Source of the DNA: a bacterium
GTDB taxonomy: Bacteria; Patescibacteriota; Doudnabacteria; UBA920; VMFF01
Direction: 5' to 3'
DNA: 54,137 bases
Assembly (NCBI GenBank): GCA_021811585.1
Contig: JAJZOG010000011.1
Span: 1-54,137, forward strand
Shown: positions 47,187 through 54,137 of the stretch, in pieces
Layout: every line of letters starts with the position of its first letter
Position numbering within the stretch: position 1 is the stretch's first letter
Notes under the pieces: generated by a model
The model's database searches: none
The model's input: the letters and a program-made list of their open reading frames with translations, nothing else
What the model was told of the DNA's origin: nothing
Program-made: the position numbers and the translations under genes

Positions 47187-48668
47187 ATGAAAATTAAATT
47201 TAACAAAAATAAAATAAAAACTAAAGCCAAAGCTGCCAAAAACTGCCAAACCAATATTCAGGTTAGGGGTTCAGGTCGGGGGTTCAGGTCGGGGGTTTGG
47301 GTTGGACCCCAATGCGGAAGCATGCTCATCTATCTGGTCGTCATTATTTTTATTTTTTCCTTGGTGATGCTCCCCATTTTGAGCAACATCGTCAAAGAAA
47401 TGCAGGTTCTGCGATCTTCAACTTACCGCGAAGAAGCGCTGCAAATCGCCGACGCCGGCGTAAATTATTACCAATGGCACCTCGCGCATTTTCCCACGGA
47501 TTATCAAGACGGCACGAACGCGCCGGGCCCATACGTGCACAATTATGTAGACACATCAACCCAGCAAACCATCGGCGAATTCAGTTTAAGCATCACCCCG
47601 CCTCTCGCTGGCTCCACAATCGTCACAATCATATCCACGGGCTGGACAAACAGCGATCCAAATATTAAAAGAACAGTAACCGCGCGCTACGGAATTCCCT
47701 CTCTGGCGCGCTACGCATTCCTCAGCAACGATGTTGTCTGGATAGGCAGCCAGGAAAATGTCTCGGGCACGCTCATGTCCAACAACGGCGTTCGCTTTGA
47801 CGGCACTACAAACGCGCCGGTTGAATCGGCAAAATCAACCTACACGTGCCCTGCTTCCCAGGGAACTCCATGCCCGGCAACTGAAAACGGCGTTTGGGGC
47901 GCAGGCAATTCAAATTTCTGGCAATATCCCGTTCCTGCCGTTGATTTCTCCAGCTTAACCGCAACAATGGCAAACCTGCAAAACCTGGCGCAAAGCGGCG
48001 GAATATTTTTGCCGCCTTCAAACGCACAGGGCTATTCCCTGGTTTTCAACAGCGACGGCACTGTGAGCGTCTACAAAGTTACCAGCTTGCAAGGCAATCC
48101 CCAAGGATGGGATGTCTACGGCAGGCCTCAACACCAGAACACAGATTACAACAACAGGACGCTTCTTTTTACAGACCCAATCCCATCCAACGGAATAATT
48201 TATGTCGAAGATACAACTTGGGTTGAAGGCACGGTAAACGGCCGCGCAACGGTTGCCGCGGGGATGCTGCCGTACAATCCGAATTCATCTCCTTCAATTT
48301 ATATTCCCAACAGCATAACCTATGCGGCAAAAGACGGCTCAGATGTCCTTGGGTTGATCGCCCAAAACAATCTTGCGCTCACATACCACGCCCCGGCGAG
48401 CATGGAAGTTGATGCTGTCCTTGTTGCTGAAAATGGGAGCGTACAATTCTTTTATTACCCCGACAATGTTAAAAATACGCTCACGGTTTTCGGTTCCATA
48501 ATCACTTACGGGCAATGGACGTGGACCTGGCTAAATGGCCAAGGCCAGCCGCAAGCAGGATATGAAACCACTTATGATACTTATGATGCAAATTTGCTAT
48601 ACAGTCCTCCGCCAAGCTTTCCGCTTTCAAATTCAGGGTATCAACTCTTAAGCTGGTCAAGCAATTAA
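47187..48668 (+). CDS. PilX/GspK-like minor pilin with a large C-terminal domain
   Basis: G|SMLIYLVVII lacking Glu5; EEALQIADAGVNYY; last pilin of the cluster. Confidence 0.8.
   Translation: MKIKFNKNKIKTKAKAAKNCQTNIQVRGSGRGFRSGVWVGPQCGSMLIYLVVIIFIFSLVMLPILSNIVKEMQVLRSSTYREEALQIADAGVNYYQWHLAHFPTDYQDGTNAPGPYVHNYVDTSTQQTIGEFSLSITPPLAGSTIVTIISTGWTNSDPNIKRTVTARYGIPSLARYAFLSNDVVWIGSQENVSGTLMSNNGVRFDGTTNAPVESAKSTYTCPASQGTPCPATENGVWGAGNSNFWQYPVPAVDFSSLTATMANLQNLAQSGGIFLPPSNAQGYSLVFNSDGTVSVYKVTSLQGNPQGWDVYGRPQHQNTDYNNRTLLFTDPIPSNGIIYVEDTTWVEGTVNGRATVAAGMLPYNPNSSPSIYIPNSITYAAKDGSDVLGLIAQNNLALTYHAPASMEVDAVLVAENGSVQFFYYPDNVKNTLTVFGSIITYGQWTWTWLNGQGQPQAGYETTYDTYDANLLYSPPPSFPLSNSGYQLLSWSSN
47257..47310 (-). 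repeat. GGGTCCAACCC-headed 13-mer repeat element, copy D (inside the pilin leader coding region)
   Basis: Plus strand TTCAGGTTAGGGG TTCAGGTCGGGGG TTCAGGTCGGGGG TTTGGGTTGGACCCC. Confidence 0.88.
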
Positions 48669-48704
48669 ACGAAAATAATTCAAGAAATTAATTAGATACG
48701 CTCC

Positions 48705-49103
48705 ATGAAAACTCTCCAACCAATCCAGTCGACAAATTTTAATAATTCCGCGCTCCAGCCGCTTCCTTTTAATATCGTTCCAAATATTTCGGGAAATATA
48801 AACTACACGGCGCCAGGCAGTTCAAACCAAAGTGCAGGCGCTACCGGATCGGGCACTTCCGGCTCGGGCTCGGGCGCAACAACCGGCTCAAGCGCAACCG
48901 GCGCAGGAAACGGGATTTCGGGCGCTCAAATGCAAAATGAAAATTCCGGGAATGCACAGCAAACGGCAAATTCCGCTGCCGCGGAAATTAAAAATCTAAG
49001 CAGTGCGATAAAAAAACCCGCCAACTATCCTTGGATCATAATAGGGCTTATGGCAGCTCTTTTGATTCTCGCCTATATTTTGAAGAAAATCGAAAAAAAA
49101 TAG
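48705..49103 (+). CDS. Gly/Ser/Thr-rich protein with a C-terminal membrane anchor
   Basis: Low-complexity linker; YPWIIIGLMAALLILAYILKK. Confidence 0.7.
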   Translation: MKTLQPIQSTNFNNSALQPLPFNIVPNISGNINYTAPGSSNQSAGATGSGTSGSGSGATTGSSATGAGNGISGAQMQNENSGNAQQTANSAAAEIKNLSSAIKKPANYPWIIIGLMAALLILAYILKKIEKK

Positions 49104-49110
49104 TTCACGC

Positions 49111-49692
49111 TTACTCCAATTTTCTAAACACATAACCTTGCCGGGCAAGCTCCGGCAGGCAAATTCTCAGCGCTTCGGCAGTGCGGCCGCGTTTTGCATG
49201 AACAAGTGTTTTTTCGCCGTCATGTAAAAGGATAATTGCCCCCGGGCCGGCGCGTTTAACAATCCTCCGCGCCATCCATTGCGCGCTTGGCTGCCACCAA
49301 TCATAAGCATGCAAATCCCAGGAAAAAAATTTATAACCGGCGCGCTCCAGTTTCCGGCGCGCTGATTTAGGAATTTTTCCCCACGGTGCGCGCAGCAAAC
49401 GCGGCGCAAACCCGATGATTTGGCGCAAGGCCTCTCCTGTTTTTAAAAATTCCCGCGCAAGCGCGCGTCCGAAAAAAATATTGCGCCAGGCATGCGCATA
49501 AGAATGGTTGCCCAAAGCATGCCCCTGTGCGGCAATCCGCCTCACAAGCTCGGGGTTTCTCAACGCATTTTTTCCGCAGACAAAAAAAGTCGCCTCAGCT
49601 CCGTTTTGCGCCAAAATTTCCAAAATCTCCTCTGTGCATGGCGGGTTTGGCCCGTCATCAAAAGTGAAATATAAAATTTTCCGCCCGTTCAT
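49111..49692 (-). CDS. Polysaccharide deacetylase (NodB/CE4)
   Basis: TFDDGP, ATFFV, GNHSYAH, RAPWG, DW, IILLHD. Confidence 0.95.
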   Translation of the reverse strand: MNGRKILYFTFDDGPNPPCTEEILEILAQNGAEATFFVCGKNALRNPELVRRIAAQGHALGNHSYAHAWRNIFFGRALAREFLKTGEALRQIIGFAPRLLRAPWGKIPKSARRKLERAGYKFFSWDLHAYDWWQPSAQWMARRIVKRAGPGAIILLHDGEKTLVHAKRGRTAEALRICLPELARQGYVFRKLE

Positions 49693-50779
49693 TTTGCCCT
49701 TTCATTTCCGCTCGTTCATTTTTGCCTGCCATTTTGCCCTGCCATTTTGCTCGTTCATTTTTTGGCCTGCCATTATTCAAATTGCCAAGCCGCCTCAACC
49801 GCTGCTTAATGGCAGGATGAAAATTCCAACGCAAATCTTTTACTCCGCGATCAACCCTCAAATCCACGTTTCGCGCGCCGGCATCCAAAAAGGCGTCGGC
49901 GCCGGCGCCGGCTTTTTGAGCGCCGAGATAAATCCTTTCCGCCCCGCTGCCGCCGAATTTCGCCGCGCGCGCAAAAATTGCGCCGTGCGTAAATACCGTG
50001 GCAGCCGCCAAAACCACTGCCAAAGGCCACGCATAAGCAATCGGCGAAATTGATTCATGCCTGATTGGCGGCAATTCATTTTTATAATTCTTACCAAAAA
50101 AATCGCGCGAGACAACGTTGGGAACATATCCGTAGGCAGCGGCCCAAAACCCTTTTCTATACCTGCGGCCAGAGGTCGCCACAATCAGCTTCTTATCCAG
50201 GACAACCTTGCCATAGCGTGAAAGTTTTTTTGAAAGCTCGCCGTCTTCGCCCATTTTCAAATTAGTATTAAAACCGCCGGATTTTAGAAAAACATTTTTT
50301 AGTACAGCCATATTTGCGCCCGGGAGAATCCAGCAGCCGGTCCATCTTTTTTCCAATTTCCAGGCATAGTATGCTCCGCGCGGAAATAACATTCGGGTCA
50401 AAAGCGGTCCAGAGACGAGCTTGTAGAGGCCGCCATAAGCGACGACATTCCTTTTTGCGGAAAATTTTGCCGCGATTTTGGAAAGCCAGTTCTCGGGCAA
50501 AATTGTATCCGCGTCGGTGGTTGCGATGATTTCGCCGCGCGCGCATTCAAAACCTTTTTGGCGCGCATAAGCCACGCCGGCCCTGGTTTCAAAAACAACT
50601 TTTGCCCCGCCGCGCAAAGCAATGTGCGCGGTTTTGTCCGTGGAATTATTATCAACAACAATAACCTCGAAATTCTTATAATCCTGCCTGGCAACACTTG
50701 CCAAGGTCCTGGCCAGGAAATGCTCTTCGTTAAATGCGGGGATCACTATTGAAATTAAAGGATTTCTCCGGTTTTTCAT
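49658..50779 (-). CDS. Glycosyltransferase family 2 with a C-terminal TM segment
   Basis: SIVIPAFNEE, VVDNNSTD, TDAD, GANMA, GGF...GED; alternative GTG start at 50797. Confidence 0.93.
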   Translation of the reverse strand: MKNRRNPLISIVIPAFNEEHFLARTLASVARQDYKNFEVIVVDNNSTDKTAHIALRGGAKVVFETRAGVAYARQKGFECARGEIIATTDADTILPENWLSKIAAKFSAKRNVVAYGGLYKLVSGPLLTRMLFPRGAYYAWKLEKRWTGCWILPGANMAVLKNVFLKSGGFNTNLKMGEDGELSKKLSRYGKVVLDKKLIVATSGRRYRKGFWAAAYGYVPNVVSRDFFGKNYKNELPPIRHESISPIAYAWPLAVVLAAATVFTHGAIFARAAKFGGSGAERIYLGAQKAGAGADAFLDAGARNVDLRVDRGVKDLRWNFHPAIKQRLRRLGNLNNGRPKNERAKWQGKMAGKNERAEMKGQNERAENFIFHF

Positions 50780-50883
50780 AACTAAACTGTTTTTCACAAC
50801 TAAACTTAATTTTAGGGTTTAAAAATTATGGTTTTAGGCTTTTAATATTGAGGATTTAGGTTGAATTTAAGTAAAATTTGCAT

Positions 50884-51037
50884 TTTGGGTTGGGGGTTTG
50901 GGTTGGGGGTTTGGGTTGGGGGTTTAGGTTGGGGGTTTGGGTTGGACCCTACTGCATGGGGGTTTGGGTTGGACCCTACTGCATGGGGGTTTGGGTTGGA
51001 CCCTACTGCATGGGGGTTTGGGTTGGACCCTACTGCA
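50884..51037 (-). repeat. GGGTCCAACCC-headed repeat element, copy E: four perfect 27-bp units plus 13-mers
   Basis: Plus strand TGGGGGTTTGGGTTGGACCCTACTGCA x4 (50930-51037), preceded by TTTGGGTTGGGGG x3. Confidence 0.95.
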
Positions 51038-51620
51038 GGATTCGCTGGGCCAGACCTGTCCTCACGAAAATAAGATACAAAATTATAACCATAATGACAA
51101 CCCCAAACGTTATTATGCCCAAATAAAAATTCAAATGCGCGTAGGCCTTGCCAAAATAATATCCTGCAACAATTAATACTGCACTTTTAATTGCCGTTGA
51201 AATGGAATTCGCGGCCGCGACTTTTTTGTAGCCCACATTGGCAATGCCAGCGGCCGCCAAAGTCACAGCACCAAACCCGTGCAAAAATTTAGCTACAAAC
51301 AACGTTTTAAAAGAATGCTTTTTAAAATGACTTTCCAATTTCGCAACCCTGTCCATTGTTACCCCGATGTAATGGCCTTTTGTCCTGATAAACTTTTCCC
51401 TGCCAAACCTGCCCATGGAATAATAAAGCAAATCGCCTATAAAATCCCCGAGCGCGACCGTAATATAGGCGAGAAAAATATTCATTAAGCCGATGGACGC
51501 CAAAAATCCCGAGAAAAAAGTAATAACCGGCCCTTCAACAACGGCAATGGAAAAAATAATCAAATATTTAAATTTTAAAAACCAGGAAATATGCGATAAA
51601 TGCCCGACATCAATAAGCAT
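51030..51620 (-). CDS. DedA/VTT family membrane protein
   Basis: EGP..T..SGFLA, GD..GDLLYYSMGR, LFVAKF, AAG. Confidence 0.9.
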   Translation of the reverse strand: MLIDVGHLSHISWFLKFKYLIIFSIAVVEGPVITFFSGFLASIGLMNIFLAYITVALGDFIGDLLYYSMGRFGREKFIRTKGHYIGVTMDRVAKLESHFKKHSFKTLFVAKFLHGFGAVTLAAAGIANVGYKKVAAANSISTAIKSAVLIVAGYYFGKAYAHLNFYLGIITFGVVIMVIILYLIFVRTGLAQRILQ

Positions 51621-51621
51621 A

Positions 51622-52851
51622 TTATTTCTCCTCGAGCCCGGACGGCTCCGGAACCAACATCAAAAATTCATCTTTTTGCCTTGAAACAGACCAAGCGAAC
51701 ACAAACAAAACAAACATGCCGATTATCACCGCGCCAAAGCTTGCGGCAAAAATATCGGCTGAAAACATCAGCGCCAAATACAAGAGCGCGCGCAAACCCA
51801 TGCGCGTGAGATTGCGGTATGTCACGGCGTTTAAAATTCCCCTCTGGGTTCCGCGCTCAAATGTCGCCACATCCAAAGGAATGTCTATGAAGATCGCCAT
51901 AATGGCAATTAGAAAAACGCTTGCATACGAAACCACCGGGTTATTTATAAACGAAACGCGTAAAATCCAAACCGCAAAAACCGCGAGCGCTCCAAAAGCT
52001 ATCATTCTATAAATGTTCCGCCGCACGCTGAATTTGCCACTTATGTATGTAAAAATGAGGCCGGCAAGGGAAATAATTACCGGGATGTATGCCGCGGCGC
52101 GAATGCTCACAAACAGAAAAAAAATAAAAAACGGCCAGATTGTATCTTCCACTTCCGCCTGCAAAGCCGCAAAAGCTCCCATAAGATAATTGATCTTTTC
52201 CAATGGCCTGGAAAAAAATTCTTTTGCGCGCGAAGGCGCAACATCCGGCTTGAATTCGGCGTGCTTCATCATGGAAAGCGGAATAAGCGAACCCAGCATC
52301 AGGAAAGTTGTTGCGAAAATCAAAGTTTTTTGCCCCGCGGCAATGAGCAATAAGGCGCCAATGGCCGGCGCAAGCAAGCCGCCGATTGTGCGGACAATGT
52401 TCAGAGCCGAAACGTCCCCGCGCATTTTCTCGGTTTTGTGCGCTGCCTGCGCAAAAATATAGAGGTGTGAAACCCAATAAAAAGAATCAAAAATCGCCAT
52501 GAAAAAAGCCATGGCAGCAAGCCAGGCAAAGCTGTGCGAAAGGTTGAAAAAAATAATCAGAAAAATCAGTTCGGCAATAATGGAAAAAATCAGCGCGGTT
52601 TTCGCGCCCATTCGCACAATCACCTTGCGGGCCGCCAAATTAAAAGGGACATCAATGGCATTAAATAAAAAATAAAAAGCCATTATTTGGAAAATGGGAA
52701 ACCCGATCATCCACAAAATTATGGGGACAAAAACCGAAATCAGCGATTGCGCAAATGCCTGTATCCAAACGCTAAGCTCGAAGAGGTGCATATCAGTGCC
52801 AAACAATTCTCTCAGATGTTCGTTGTAGGAGTAAAAGTAACGAAGATTCAT
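51622..52851 (-). CDS. MFS-like transporter
   Basis: About 12 hydrophobic segments; GGLLAPAIGA. Confidence 0.8.
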   Translation of the reverse strand: MNLRYFYSYNEHLRELFGTDMHLFELSVWIQAFAQSLISVFVPIILWMIGFPIFQIMAFYFLFNAIDVPFNLAARKVIVRMGAKTALIFSIIAELIFLIIFFNLSHSFAWLAAMAFFMAIFDSFYWVSHLYIFAQAAHKTEKMRGDVSALNIVRTIGGLLAPAIGALLLIAAGQKTLIFATTFLMLGSLIPLSMMKHAEFKPDVAPSRAKEFFSRPLEKINYLMGAFAALQAEVEDTIWPFFIFFLFVSIRAAAYIPVIISLAGLIFTYISGKFSVRRNIYRMIAFGALAVFAVWILRVSFINNPVVSYASVFLIAIMAIFIDIPLDVATFERGTQRGILNAVTYRNLTRMGLRALLYLALMFSADIFAASFGAVIIGMFVLFVFAWSVSRQKDEFLMLVPEPSGLEEK

Positions 52852-53058
52852 ATGGAAATCCTAAAACTTTTAAGCGTTAATATCATTTAATATTATGGAA
52901 TGCTATTTGGCGTTCGAAAACTTGCCCGATTAATTTGCATATTATGCGTCTTATGCGTCGCCAATACGCATCGCCAAACTTGCATATTATGCGGAATTAA
53001 TGATTATACGGAGTTAATAACATTTTAACATAAATAAAATATTATTGGCATTTGTCTA

Positions 53059-53110
53059 TTATATTAAAGCATTTATATTAAAGCATATTAAAACATTTAT
53101 ATTAAAGCAT
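53059..53110. repeat. AT-rich 14-bp tandem repeat TTATATTAAAGCAT
   Basis: Full copies at 53059, 53073 and 53097, with a partial copy at 53087. Confidence 0.8.
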
Positions 53111-53285
53111 TCTGCAACTATTAAGATATGAAAGCTATTTATTAAAGCTATTAAAGATATTCCTGGAATTTAGCGCTCCACCGCATTTCTGCAGGATGGT
53201 TTGTGATTTGCACAAATTTGCGGGTTTTGGCATAATTGGTGCAAGTTTGCAGTTTCAAACTCAAGTTCAAGGGGGAACATAATAC

Positions 53286-53615
53286 ATGATGGTTCAAGCG
53301 GCGACAGCGGTACGGATGGCACGCGTCATACAAAACCCGTCCGGCCTGCCGGACAGTTTTATATGGAATGGACGCAGAGGCCTTGTTATGTATTCGCCAG
53401 AATTTTCTCGAGCATTTGCGAGGATCACTGACGAATCACAACAAGCGAGTGCAGAATTTCGGGCCAAACTCGGGCAATTGTGCCTGGTTGGACCAAACGC
53501 ATTTTGCACGCGTAAAAACATAACGCGCGTGCATAAGCGGTTTTCTGTTGAGTGGAAGCATCAAGGAGGAATCTTAATGATGCTTTCAATTATTTCGGGT
53601 GTTCATCAATCTTAA
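53286..53615 (+). CDS. Hypothetical protein (ORFan)
   Basis: AGGGGG upstream; ends just before the next RBS. Confidence 0.5.
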   Translation: MMVQAATAVRMARVIQNPSGLPDSFIWNGRRGLVMYSPEFSRAFARITDESQQASAEFRAKLGQLCLVGPNAFCTRKNITRVHKRFSVEWKHQGGILMMLSIISGVHQS

Positions 53616-53629
53616 AAGGAGGATTGTGC

Positions 53630-53989
53630 ATGTACTTGGCGTGGGCAGCGACGTTGGGAATTGGTGTGGGATGGCTCACAAGTATTTATTCTCGATTGAG
53701 CGGCCATCCATTTGTTGTGACCTTTTTGCTAACTATGGTATGGGCCACGTTAGTTTTCCGGCTCGCCATAGTAGCAAAAAACAAATTTCAACTAGTTACG
53801 GGCGGAATCGGGGGATTCTTAATCCTCGGATTCCTACTCCGAAATGTCCCCATATCTCCGTGGGGCCTCGTGACCCTGACCGGCCTTTATGGCGGCTTTG
53901 TTGTCGCCGTATGGGTCCACAACATTGATACAAATTTTTCTACCAGAGAGAAGCAGGCCGCCGGCTCCTCAACTCATCCTTCGGGATGA
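53630..53989 (+). CDS. Small hypothetical membrane protein (about four TM)
   Basis: AGGAGG before ATG 53630; hydrophobic; terminator at the stop. Confidence 0.65.
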   Translation: MYLAWAATLGIGVGWLTSIYSRLSGHPFVVTFLLTMVWATLVFRLAIVAKNKFQLVTGGIGGFLILGFLLRNVPISPWGLVTLTGLYGGFVVAVWVHNIDTNFSTREKQAAGSSTHPSG

Positions 53990-53998
53990 GTTTTTTTT
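53971..53998 (+). terminator. Intrinsic terminator
   Basis: AACTCATCC-TTCG-GGATGAGTT followed by a T run. Confidence 0.85.
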
Positions 53999-54010
53999 GA
54001 TCAGGGCCCA

Positions 54011-54078
54011 GGGTCCAACCCAAACCCCCAACCTAAACCCCTGATCCAAACCCCCAATCTAAAACCCTAACCTAAAAA
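54011..54078 (+). repeat. GGGTCCAACCC-headed 13-mer repeat element, copy F
   Basis: GGGTCC AACCCAAACCCCC AACCTAAACCCCT GATCCAAACCCCC AATCTAAAACCCT AACCTAAAA. Confidence 0.9.
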
Positions 54079-54137
54079 ATAATGCACTTTTAAAGGACTT
54101 TTTATTAACTTCTTCTTAAATACTTAACAAAAAACCC

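Noticed and set aside
50884-51037. 27-bp repeats as a CRISPR array
   Set aside because: The units are directly adjacent with no unique spacers, and no cas genes are in the window.
50861-51176. ORFs encoding WGFGLDPTA / GVWVGPYCM / GGLGWTLLH repeats
   Set aside because: By-products of a stop-free 27-bp repeat, open in all three plus frames and antisense to dedA.
52852-53285. AT-rich intergenic region as oriC or a complete dif site
   Set aside because: No DnaA-box cluster was seen, and the Xer-like arms are not in the 11-6-11 arrangement.
1-54137. Alternative genetic code (UGA=Gly)
   Set aside because: Conserved genes such as glyA and leuS end at TGA at their expected lengths, and core ORFs are intact in code 11.

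Overview
Bacterial chromosomal window in the standard genetic code, with gene content typical of Patescibacteria/CPR (inferred from DUF5663/DUF5666-like genes, eukaryote-type GlyRS, short MetRS, a type IV pilin cluster and many ORFans). About 1-34.7 kb is mostly minus-strand housekeeping DNA: rpsL-rpsG-fusA, tuf, rpsJ-rplC-rplD-rplW, parB, tRNA-Leu(CAA), glyA, leuS, tatD, metG, nfo, glyQS, tgt, pnp, rpsO and a Xer-family recombinase. The str operon is split between fusA and tuf by about 7.7 kb that includes a 1807-aa membrane/coiled-coil/glycosyltransferase protein. About 34.7-54 kb is envelope/accessory DNA: an ECF sigma plus MacAB-like cassette, a frameshifted VanW gene, pilin-like genes, and an MFS-DedA-GT2-deacetylase operon. 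Main leads: (1) a dispersed, polar, telomere-like repeat family (GGGTCCAACCC head plus degenerating 13-mers), mostly at or just after stop codons; (2) an EF-G with both guanine-specificity motifs altered (NKIN, GGDG); (3) the giant GT-A protein with flanking ORFans that share an FNQDL motif; (4) long RNA hairpins between rpsJ and rplC. All family assignments are by eye; no database searches were run.
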